This document shows positions 1 through 12,700 of a DNA stretch of 64,000 nt, in pieces. The stretch covers positions 5,188,564 to 5,252,563 of the forward strand of contig CM119266.1 in NCBI GenBank assembly GCA_051294375.1. The letters are read 5' to 3'. Source of the stretch: Paraspadella gotoi (taxonomy: Eukaryota > Animalia > Chaetognatha). Positions within the stretch are counted from its first letter, which is position 1. The number at the start of each line of letters is the position of its first letter. Under the pieces are notes generated by a model. The model had not been told where the DNA came from. It made no database searches and saw only the letters and a program-made list of their open reading frames with translations. Made by a program: the position numbers and the translations under genes.

Positions 1-182
1 ACGCACGATGAGCGACGCGTGCAGCCCGACAGTCGCAGTCTCGACTTGACGCATCCACGCGCGATGATAAAGAATTTCGTATTCGAGCAAAATCTTGGCT
101 ATTTTGTTGTAGTTGCGGACAATCTTCTTCGCTTCCGGACCCTGAGGTGGGGACCATTCAAGTGGCTCAGTCTGTATGTATG

Positions 183-266
<84 letters not shown>

Positions 267-2508
267 TCTCTCGTCGTACCTGCAAGATGTTGTGGTGCTG
301 CGCGAAAATTTCCATCGGCTCCTGAAGGAAAACAAATTAATTTTCATTATCAATTATTTCAACTTTTTATGAAACTGACTTATTTTTCCATTCAAACTCA
401 TTTCCACTCGCACGATGCCATCAAATCTTTATTTCCGGCTCAACCACCCGATTTCCAAACGCAAAGTTTAAATTAAATTGATCCATTCAATCACTAGTTT
501 TTGGAACTTAAAACTCAACACGGCAGTAATGACCAAATTCAACATTGGCCAATAATGGCCAAAGCCCTAAGACATCCACAAATTAAACCAATCTATAACT
601 TCTAATAAAATCAAAAATGTAAGAAATGATCGAAACTGCTCAAATCTCATTTTAAATAAACCAAAAGCGATTCTCCTCCGCATCCACAGTCAACTCTCCC
701 CAACCAACCTGTATCCTCCTGAAGAGCTGCCTGGCCCAAGTGATCTTTCCCGCTACTGGAGGCAAATCCCTCGCTATCGGTGGCTCAGCTTTGTTGCGTT
801 GATAAAGTTTCGAGACGAATTCGACATCTCGGCCAAAATGAGCGAGGATCCGAGCGTACTTCTCTTGGATGCCGAGGTTGGGGAGACCGAGCTTCTCGAA
901 CCGGTGCAACAACTTGGTTGGGGAGGGGGTGGACGGGAAAATGGGGTTGGGAGTAAGATGGTGAAATGGTCGGTTTTGGATCGTCACATTGGGTCAGTTC
1001 TCAAAGATTTGCAATGGTCTTTAGTGAAGCAGTATGCAATGAATTCTGTGAAAATTTTTTTTTAATTATGCAATTATAAACTCTCTCTCTTTCTCTCTCT
1101 CTCGCTCTCTCTCTCTCTCTACCTGCAGGGCCCGTTGAGTGTTTGAAATCCTCTCGAAGCGAGAATCCATAAATCCTGAGGAAGAAATCAATAATGAACC
1201 TCGTCTCTTACTCATCTCTCGTCGTAAGATTCATTTCAACGAACTTACCCGAGGTTTTCACCTCTAATTTGAGAGTTCACCGATCGGGGCGACCTCACCC
1301 CGAAACAACTTACCTCTGATATTAGAGTGAAGTTCAGCGATTTGTCTCTTAAAGTCTTCATAATCATCGTCGAATTCCATTCTTCTCTGATCCAAAAAAT
1401 CGTAAGGTCGATTTTTCATCATCGATCGAATCTTTTCAAAATTTTGCGACATCGTCTCCATGCCTTAATTAAGGGGAGGGGCGGAAGTTTCGTGGAATAG
1501 TTTGAAATTGGACAATGATTGAAAAAATTAACCATTGATTTATTAAATAGTAAGCTATTTGGGCTACTGAGATAGGAGAAAATGTTAATCAACTGTTAGA
1601 GCACTTGTCTTTCTAATAAATTTTAATTAATATAACGACTTTTGAAAAAAATTATTTCCAGCACAACTAAACAGAAATGTTATCGCCCCTAGATAATAGC
1701 GTTTATTTTAAATTTTATAATTTCAGCATTAAAAAAAAAACATTATTTAGTCACTTTATACACTTAATAACTTGTCCTAGTTAATAAAGTATTTAAATAA
1801 TAAACCAATCTTAAGGCCACATTATCCCCAAACAATGAACTCACCCTCGATCCTAGATTCAGAGAGATGACAGTAAAGATCGAGCGTATTGAACATGTCG
1901 ATGATTTTCCTGCATCGACGAACGAAAGTATCGAATTTCCCGAAGATGTACATTTCTGAGAATTCGAATTGACGCTCGTTGGGCATCTCTTCCAATTTGC
2001 GCTTGGTCTTGTGGAAGCACTGTTGGTACTCCTGGGGACAGTGGTAATAAATAATTAGAAATGAACAACTAAAAGCAATAATTACAGATCAATACAACCA
2101 ACAATAATAAAATTACGATATTAAAAAAAATTAGTATTTTAAATCAAGTAACTACTAAAACTACACAATTGTTAGGAATATAATTCATTCATTTATTCTT
2201 AACAACAACATATTAAGCGATAAAAATTAAGATAAATACTAGAAAAAATATACATCGACAATAACAGATTTATTAAAACCAACTATACAATAAGAACATT
2301 AATTACATCGTCAACCCGAAACATCTTCAACAGCCCCATCAACGAACCCCATTGAGGTTGATGCAATCCTCAAGCTTCTTGACGACTTTCTGTTGATCTT
2401 GAGTCCAAACTGTTTCCGTGTTGTGACACGTGACGTAGGTTTTGCAGGCGGTGATCATTTGGTTGGTGATTTTCACGAACAACGACGTCATTCTGAGGGA
2501 GAGGGAGG

Positions 2509-2551
<43 letters not shown>

Positions 2552-3249
2552 TAAAGGAGGATAGGGTAAAAAACAGAAGAAATGTCCGGGAAGTACGAGC
2601 AAGTAGTTAATGGTAAGGCAGTAGGGAATCATTTAAAAACGATTGCACTTACCTTTCGGACGTGTTGTAGAATCTTGAAATGCTATGAATCATTCTGATC
2701 GCGTTGATGAGACCTTTTGATCGGGATAAATTGGTTTAAATGAGCTTAATAATTTAATTAATTTAATTGATTGAAGGCATAATTGATTTATTTTATTAAA
2801 ATAAATCCATTAAGTCCTCAATCAATCAATAAATTCCTACATCAAAGTCATCTATTCCGTGAACCAATTAATCTTCAAAGAAGCAATCAATCAATCAATG
2901 AATCAATCAAAATCCTTCCGACGCTCTTTCTCTACCGGGAATGCCGTCCATCATTCCCACTGGATTCGAATTGTAAAGCGGATCGCAGAATTTCTCCAAA
3001 GTGTAGAGGAACTTGACGTTGTCTTTGGCTTCGTTGGCGGCGTCGGTGATGCGGACGTCGAGTTCGCGCCAAGACTTGGGGCGGAGGGGGGGGGGTAAGG
3101 GAGGAGGGAGAGAATGGGGTAAGGGAAGGAGGTATTTAAGGGGTGGGAGGGGAATGGAAATTATTTTATTTTTATAATTAAATGAAATTTGAAATATACG
3201 TATGTTAAATACTAGCTGAGGCCTCTCTGACAATAGACGCCCGTTTTCA

Positions 3250-3299
<50 letters not shown>

Positions 3300-3330
3300 A
3301 TACCTATCTTTTTTAAAGGAAATTGGTTCA

Positions 3331-3367
<37 letters not shown>

Positions 3368-6300
3368 TTCTTTCCCTTTCTTTTCTTTCTTTCTTTTTTC
3401 TTTCTTTAATTATTCTTTTTCTCCAGCTTACTTTCTCATCACAACTCAATCGCCTCCAAAGTTCACGACTAAAAAAAGGCAGTGAGTGTGAATAGGGCTA
3501 TTTCTAAAAGGGGCCTTCCGACCATTAAGCCGATAAATCAATGTTTCACCCCCCCCCCCAAAACCCTCTCCTCCCCAAAAACTACCTTCAACGATTTCGA
3601 CTTGGCGGCCTGGAGACATCCGAGGACGGCCTTGACCGGTGGAGACTTGATCTGATCGACGAGGTAGTTGAACCTCGACATCCTCTTCTTCCAATGTTCC
3701 AGTTCGGCGCGAGGACCGATGTCGTCGGCCTCTTTGCGCATCTGTTCGCTCTCGGCCAGAACCTGTCGAAGGGGGTGTTAAAGGGGTGGACGGGGATGTT
3801 GAGAAAAGCGTAGTGGGTAAGGGATGTTGAAGAGGGGTGTGGAAGTTTTTAATTCTTCGATCTTGAGAATTAAAAAGGAGGGAAACTGGACTTTTAGAAA
3901 ACTGAATTAACCACCTTTTTTTTTTTTAAATTTCGGAGAAATTTCTTTTTTTCCCCTCGATTCAACCCTAATAATGCTATTTAATTTTTAAGCTTGCCCT
4001 ATCAACTTTCTTATTTTACAACTTAACGTTTCGTACAAATTCTATTTTCGTTGCGCAATCAAGAGGAAATAATGACTAATGACTAATTTTAAATTCTGAC
4101 TAATAATGACTAATGACTAATTTTAAATTCTGAATCATAATGACTAATGACTAATTCCACACTTTTCTCCAGCTACTCCTCCAATTAAATCCTTTTCATT
4201 ATTAAATTATACAACTGTCAATATAGAATCCAACTAAACGATGTTACATCAACCTTTTTTGTTTAACCTGAAATGTAAAGAATAGAAAAAAATAAAACTT
4301 TCGAATCCCGGTTTGACCACTTTCCGCATTTCCGAGAAATGTCCGAAAAGTATATTTAATTGGCGCGCGGTAAAAGTTTGTAAAATTCGCTCGCTCGCTC
4401 TCTCGTTTGATTGCTCGCCATCATTTTTTAAGCGTGATTATTGACAATATTGGACTTTTTACAGTTAAATTTATCGCTCATTACAAACAAAATAAAAAAG
4501 GAAAAACAGAGATAAAAAAAAATGGCTCCGAAAGCCATAAAGTCATCGGGTCGAAAGTCCGGATACAACAAGAAAGGAAACCGTTTCACGGTTTACGACA
4601 AAAAACGTGGTAATTATTCATACAAAAATATGGATGGAAGCACTTATTACAATGCTGGTAAAAATCAAGGCTCTTTTTATCGAAACATGGACGGACTACG
4701 ATGGTGAGTAAAGCCTGAGAGTGTGTGGACTGAAGTTTGTCAAAAAAAAAAAATGTCAACCTTATGGTGGGCTAAAATCCACCATTTTCGTCCACCATTT
4801 TAGTCCACCATAACCTTTTCGTTTCAGCTACGAGAATTCGTCCGGCGTCAGATTCTGTTCTACTACGAAGACTAAAAAAAAGTAAGAAAAAACTAGTTGA
4901 CTAAATAGCATTTTTATGAAGCAATGAACTTAATTATCATTATTCCTAAATTTAGATCCGCTGGCGGCCGTAGAAAACCTCCCAAAAAAATTTGACGAAT
5001 ATTTGGGAAAAATCTTTCTTGACTTTATTTTCAACCCCTGAATAAAATATCAAATAACAATTGAGAGTAAGGCGACGGTCAAAAGACTTCTGTTTTGTGG
5101 CCAGTGAAAACTGTCCCATTCAAGTATGACGTTTGACCGATTGACCTGTTTTGGTTTTAATAACTTTTTGAAATATGATTTTAATGTTTTTTTAAATTAA
5201 ATAATAAATCGTAAGCTATTTCCTACGCCCTTTTTTTATTTTCGAGTATCGCAAGATTTGGAGATCAAAGTTCCATCAGTCGAATCTGCGATTGGTCGAA
5301 AAAGAAGCGAAGCTGCTCGACCACATTTTATTCTGATTTCGAAGAGAATTTAATTACTGGAAGCGTATAATTTTCTTTTTTTTTAAAATCAATAAAAAAA
5401 TCCGCTCATTTTTTAACCTTCTTATTGAATTTTTTATCGACTTGCGATGATAATAACTAGAACAAAAACGTTAACAAAAACTTTAAACACTAATCTCTTT
5501 TTTGTACTCACAGTAATCCTATCGAACCTGAGACCATGTCGGACAAAAAAACCGATGCAAAACCTGAACGTCAAACCGGAACGAATCGAGACGGTAATTC
5601 TTTCACGAATTACGGACAACCGCGCGGCAACTTTTACTACAAAAATGCCGACGGCAGTCGGTATTACTCCGCCGGAAAAAATCAAGGATCTTTCTATCAG
5701 AATCCGGCAAAGGGCTATCAATGGTACTAAAACTCGGAATTTTTAATTCAACTTAGCCTAATGATTAAACACAATATTATTGATTTAAAAGGTACGAAAA
5801 CTCTGCCGGAGACAGGTCTTATTCGCCCTACCCAAAGAAGTAAGTTATGAGAATTAATTTAAATTGCGAATTGAGTTTTTAATTTTAAAAATTGAACAAG
5901 AAAACTAAAACTTTCGACAGATCGGAGGACGGACAAGGCAAAAGCAAATCCCCGAAATCTGGGAAATAATAAGTCAACGTCAAGTTCAAAAATATTTCGT
6001 CTGCGATGCCGAAAAAGTACGAATGCGACCTATTTTAAATTATACAAATCGTTTATTTATAACCTAGTTCATCTTAGGGAATAATGTCTAGATGTTTGTT
6101 ATTTATTATAAAGAGATAAAGAGATAAACCGAAATTATAAATTTTTGAGATAAATACAAATATATTTAAAAAAACTTCATTGATCTTTTTTTTCATTGTA
6201 TTGTTTCTTTAAGCTATGAAAAAAGGTAGACATAGTGTAATAATCATTTCTCTTTCGTTGTGTCAGGATATTTAGTGAAAAGATTTGAAGTAGATTTCCC

Positions 6301-6641
6301 AACGATTTTATTAATAATTAACGCACATGTTAAGACGGTTAAACTGCTTGTAAAATGTCGCTACAGCTCAATCAAAAGTTAGGAAACAGTAGATTTAAAA
6401 CAAACCGAAATAGACCATGTCGGAAAGTAATGCTGTATAAATTCAATATTAGTCACGAAGCTAAAATTTTCTCACATAATGGGTTATTTTAATTTTGACT
6501 GATTTGACGCGAAAAAAACTTTGAACTTTTGTTTTGTCTCGAGTTTTCCAAACTCGTCTTATCTTTGAAGATAACATTTTTTTTGTGTTTTCCAAATCTT
6601 ATCGGGAAAAATGGGGAATGGAGAAGGAGGGAGGGAGGCAG

Positions 6642-6718
<77 letters not shown>

Positions 6719-9700
6719 TTGGGCAAGGAATGCACGACCTCACAAAGGAGGGTTGTGATAAGTCGTGATTTGTGATTCCAGAAACGAAAGCAGCTGTTTT
6801 CTCACCGACTGCGTTTCACTCCTTCGAAAATAAATTATTGGAAAGGAAAAAAAAATGCTGAGTCAGAAAAGTTTGGCCGACCTGGCGGAGAGGAAGAAGA
6901 CGTCGGGAGAGTGGGGAGTGTCGGAAGTGGGGGAGTGTCGGAAGTGGGGGAGTGTCGGAGGAAGAAAGACGTCGGGAGAGAAACCGTACTGAAGACCGGC
7001 ATCGCGGGCGCCGTGATGTTTGCAAATAGGTTTTTTTTTTTATAATATTTTTTTTTTAAAATACCCTGACAATATATTCGAAAATCTATTCAGAATCTCC
7101 GATATGAAAGATCCCCCAAATAAAAGCAACAAAATAAAAGCAATAAAAGCAATAAAAGCAACCCCGTTAATATAAGACACGTTTGTCTTTTTGTCTTTTT
7201 ACGCGGGAAATTAAGATTTCGGGTTCAAATTTCATTCATAGTATCACAGACTCACAGTATCATCCTAAGTCCCCTCTCTAGTGTTTTTCTTTTACTATTA
7301 TTATTATTACATTGCAATTATTTCAAAATCTAAGAATAAATTATAATATTTAAGGCAATCAGTTTATTTTGTCATTGCTATCATATAAGTTATATATATA
7401 TATATAAGTTATATATCATTTTAACTCATAAATCTTGCGAACGAGAGAGTGAGAGAGGGAGAGAGTAAGAGAGATAGAGAGAGATAAAAGATAGAGAACG
7501 GGCGCTCAGTTAAATACGGAGTTTGGGAAAAGGGAACTACTTTGTGAGCGCATAACGCTTGCGTGAATACGATTAAGAAAAGGAGGAACGGAGGAAAAGA
7601 GACAAAGAGAGAGGAAAGGTATAAAAGGAAAGGAAGGAAAGGAAAGAGGACGAGAACTCTTTTTCCATCCAAGGAGGCAAGAGCTGTGTTGTGCTATGCC
7701 TAAAACTTTTATTTTTCTACTAATTGTGATGTGTAACCTTTATGGAGATAAACAACGGAAAACTTAATTTGCTCTTCATTAATTTCTGCTAACAAAGTTA
7801 GTAAAGCTTCCGGGCTCGTTAGTAAGGTGTTGTAGCGGTCAAGTTGATACAAATTTTCGTCTTTCACGACTTTAAATACGTTGAATTTTGAAATAAACAT
7901 TTTTTTAGGCTAGACCAAAATTTTTGTCAGAGGTGTCAGAAAATTAATTGGCTCTCTGTTAGCGTTTTTTTTTCTATATTACAAATCTTAAAATATAGTA
8001 ACAAAGCTTTTCTTAAAATGCTCGTCGCACATATTAAATCAAAGATGATGTTAAGTTAGAACTAATAGAAGCGACACGGATATTCCTCTCTGCGATCGAT
8101 CCTCGTCCTCCTCCTCCTCCTCCTCCTCCTCCTCGCGTCCTTTTCGGTCACTTTCTCTCCCCGAAGAATTACGCCTCATCGCTCATTATTCGTAAACAAT
8201 TTTGTAGTTTAAAATTTGTAAGACCACTTTTTTTTAACCAGAGCAAAATCCTCTTACATTTTAACTCTTTCTTATTTTCTCGCTTTTCAGTTCACGAAAC
8301 TTTCGCGAAATTTCCGCTTCGAAGCAAATCTACGATTTTCTTTTTGCGCTATTACAAAATCGATCAAAACCGGCGAGATGTCTGAAAAAAGATCGGGCAC
8401 CAATAATCAAGGAAACGCCTACACCAATTACGGCGAGTCCCGCGGCAATTACTACTATAATAATCAAGATGGCGGCCGTTACTACAACGCCGGGGAAAAC
8501 CGAGGCTCGTTCTATTCGAACGCCGACAAGGGATACCAATGGTAAGTCTTGGATATAAACTAGACTTAGGTTTGACACTGATGTGGAGCGATACATAATT
8601 TGTGCCGCTAAACCGCCAGGCAACAGACTTCTCAAATGCTTATATTTTAGGTATCAGAATTCCTCGGGAGAACGATCCTATCAATCGTACGGAGGCTCGA
8701 AAAAGTGAGTTAACGCTTATGAATTCACAGGCTTTCGTAATATTATTAAACTTAATTTTATAGTTGAATTATGTATGAAATTGCTATAAGTTATAACCAA
8801 TATAAAAATTATCCATTCCTAATGTATATAACTTTTCGTCTTCAGTTCCGGAGCCGGACAAGGCAAAGGCGGATCCGCCGGAAAATCTTGAGAGTCGGAA
8901 ATTCTCCGAAGAAATCCGATTCTATATCATGGAAGAGACTTGTCAAGTTAACTAAATTGTCTGCGTTTTACAAACAACAAACAAAATGAATTAGTTTTGA
9001 CTTTAAATCCAAGAAAATACGTTGGTTGAAATCATGTACTGTTTTAGTTTATTATCCTCAGATCAAAATCGCTTTTTATTGCTTTGTCAAATTTGTGTTT
9101 AATCGCGTTCAATTCCGTAGCAAGTTTTTGTTATCGTAATTCGTCCCAAACAAACACATTCCTAATTACGTTTTATATATCACATTTATCCAGTTTTTAA
9201 CCGAGGATTAAATCTACCTTTTTGACTAAAAAATCTGCTCTTTAAATCTACGATCAAAACTTTGGCCATGGCCGAACGCCGCTCGGGAACGAACCGTCAC
9301 GGAAACGATTACACGTCCTACGGCGGACATCGTCAAAATTATTACTACAAGAATCAAGATGGCGGACGATACTTCAACGCTGGACAAAACCAAGGATCGT
9401 TTTACCGCAATTCTGACAAAGGATATCAATGGTGAGGACAGTGGGTTGATGGGAAGACTAATAAAGTTTGAAATCAAACCGTCCATTTAAATACTTGAAC
9501 AATTCAAGAATGTATTTATTTGATGTATAATAATCCTTGACTTCTGTTTCGTCGCAGGTACCAAAACTCCTCGGGCGAAAGGTCTTACAAGCCTTACGGC
9601 GGAAATCATGGGTAAGTTAAACATTTTTAGCGAATGACTTCCAAAAATCTTTGACTTTGTTGCTGATTCAATGTTTAAATCGAATTTTCATTTTACAGTG

Positions 9701-12700
9701 GACAGCTCCCGCCCGAAACGCGCAGTGGCGTCAACAGACAAGGCAACGAATATACTCAGTACCGCGACAGTCCGTCCAGCTATTCTTACGAGAACATGGA
9801 CGGTGGTGAATATCATCATCACGGACCGAGTGGCAGCTCAGAGTATCACAACGCCGACAAAGGATACGAATGGTGATTAATTAATTAATTGTGATTAATG
9901 ATTGTTGGCATTTTACCAATTCTGATCCTCGCGTTTATAAACTGTCGTTAAATTACGTAATCCTAATCATTTACGTGCTAAGTATTATTTAATGTTATTT
10001 ATTCATATATTTAATGTTAAACATAATTTAAATATTCGTCTCAGGTACCAGGATGCTTCCGGTGAGAGGGTTTATGGCAAATACAACTGAATAACCCCTG
10101 CAGGTGATTTATAAATCCACTAGTTAAGACTTCTGACTAAAAGTTTTGAAATCTACGTTTCTTTTTGCAGGGATGTTGATTACGGTGCGTTTTGCGTTCT
10201 ATTCGCTCAATAGAAGTCGCGTTCAAATGTTGTGAAATCTCTACGAAAAGCTAAAGTTTGTTTTTATAAATTCCTTCGTTAGAAAGTAGACGTATTTTCG
10301 TTTGTTCGTTGCTGTTTTCATTTCTTTCTCAAAAATGAAAAATTCTAAAAATTCATTTTCGAACTCCTACAAAAGAAAAACCCTACAAATGTGAAATTTC
10401 TCAGTTTAGCAGTTTTTTTTAGTGTAGTCAGAAAAATTAACTTTAGAATGTATGAAACCGTACGCGTCATCGTTTTTATTACATTTGATCAAAGAAAATT
10501 TTAAAATTTGATTTTGCTTGATAGGAACCAAAGTTAAGATCTTTTAAGGTAAATATTTGTGGTATTAAAATAAAAGAAAATAACCCGGTTATTGAATTAA
10601 CCAAGTAATCCGTAATTGTTGCATAGTATTTATGGGGTAATTTGATTATTCAATCGATCGTCGTCATTCGCCTGGCCTCACCTGTTCGATCTGCCTTATC
10701 CACATGCTCATGCACTCTTCGATCTTCTCCATTATCTCTGGGTTCTGAGCGGCGGCGATAAAGTCCGCCGGGCAGGTCAGCGTCGAGAGGTCGTAGTTCT
10801 CACTAGGTTGCAGCATCACTCGTTCCCGGAGGCTTTCTTGGGCACCCTAGTGGACGAAATGTTTGTACTAATTTAGTGTAATTAAACTGTAAAGAGTAAC
10901 AAAATACATTTTGTTTCTGCTGGTCGATCGCAAACTTCGATTAAAAAATTTTCTAGATTATTTTTCACTTAAAGAAGCAGAAAAGAACATCAAATCATTC
11001 GATATGGATTTTATAATCAATAGGCTGGCTTAGTAATTATAATTTAACCTGCGTTTAGCCTTCCCATCTGTATTTTCACAAATCACCTCAAGGATGTGAA
11101 CGAAGGACTCCAGGTGATTGAGAAACTCCATCCTTGTATCCAACCCGTCGGGACCTGCCAGGGCCCCCCAACCTGAATCGATGGCAAGAAGGGAGGGGGG
11201 GGGGGAGAGATAATTTGATTTGTTTGCCGATAGTCGCCACTTTGTTAGCATAGCCCGAATGATAAATGTACACTTCTTTTTCTGTGTTGGACAAGGGACT
11301 ATAGGGAAAGGTTTTTGTGGCCAATAGACTCTTAAACCCACCCGAATCCATGGCCCTGATCATCGGAATATAGATCTTCTGCAGCAGCTCCTGAATCCCC
11401 TTGAGGAGGCCTTGGCTCGCATCCAGGATGTTCATGCAGATTTCCCGTCCGACCGTCTGCTCGGTCAGCGGCGGGCGCGTTGTTCGGACGCAGGAACGAG
11501 ACGCACATTCCCGTCAACGCCTCCTTGCGCCCGTCCGTGATGAAGAGGCGCTTCCGCCCGGAGCGCTGGGGGCGTGCCACGGCGCCGTAGCGTTGCAGGT
11601 CGGCTGGCGTTGAGGGGGGGAGGGTGTTGTGGGGTTAGAGATGGTGGGGCGGGAGGTTAATTTATTCATGAGTTTATTATGTTTGAAGACAATTTACATA
11701 TTACATAACACATTTTACTTATACCACGCGCGTCGGAGGATATAAGTGAAAGAATAAATGCGTTTTGCTTTGAGATTGTTTTTGTAATTGTTTATTGAAA
11801 ATTCTATTATTGAAAAATATAATAATCCTTTCTTTATGTTGCTCTTAATGTAAATTTTTTCACAGTTCGACGCTTATGGTAACCGACCGATTTTGAACAT
11901 TAGTTAACAAAGATTAGTCCCGTCGACAAGATGATACATTAATTGTATTCTAAGAAATAAAACTCGATCCGTGAACAAACAATGTCAAATAACTTTTATT
12001 GAACAAATTTAAGTATTAAACTCAGTCGAACACGAATTTTAACAGTTATGATAAAGCATAGTTGTAGTAATTAGCACGGATATCTTTAAAAAATTTTTTC
12101 GATTTCGATAAACATGAGCTTTTATACATGAACAAAAAATCGTTGCAATGATATTTTAAGAATCACCTGGTGTATTTGTAGGAACGACTAATTCTTGGAA
12201 TACAATAGTAAAACGAAACAGTTTATTGCAACGACTAGTATGTTAATTCGATGTGGTTAAGTCAAGCTCCACTGTTAAATAAAACTATGGATTACTTCTT
12301 TTACAAGCTTTCCGGGTTATTTAACTTTTTACCTTTATATTTTTCTGCGCGTTTTTACCATCGCGGAATTAGATTACGAATTATTTGAAATGTAATGTTT
12401 CAAAAAATAATCGAAATATCACATTTTCTTGCTGTTATAAATTTTAATCGTGTTTTAATTACGTATTGAATATGTTAAAACGACGATTACTAGGTATTAA
12501 ATTGATCATTCTTACTATTTATGAAAACTAAAAAGTTTATAAATTAAAAAAAAAATTTAAAGAACAAACCTTGATCATCTTTTGTTTCAGCTTCCTGGTA
12601 GAAAAACAGCAGCGCCTTCGATCCTTTGGCGGCGAATAACGCGTTCATGCGTTCAATCTTTAAAAAAAAGATCAGAAAATCAATACATTTTGTACTAGTG

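Noticed and set aside
19-476. ORFs rich in SLSL or RERE (also at 6489-6768, 14871-17577, 32953-34316, 36920, 50653, 59625, 62284)
   Set aside because: Translations of (CT)n/(AG)n microsatellites.
4880-8708. Stop codon immediately after intron-2 donors in genes A-C as a regulated intron-retention switch
   Set aside because: Any phase-2 intron starting GTAA or GTGA gives this automatically.
5434-9486. Minus-strand and alternative-frame ORFs at 5434-5746, 8330-8635 and 9226-9486
   Set aside because: Shadows of the nested plus-strand genes; only the GYNS frame is conserved across paralogs and fits the splice sites.
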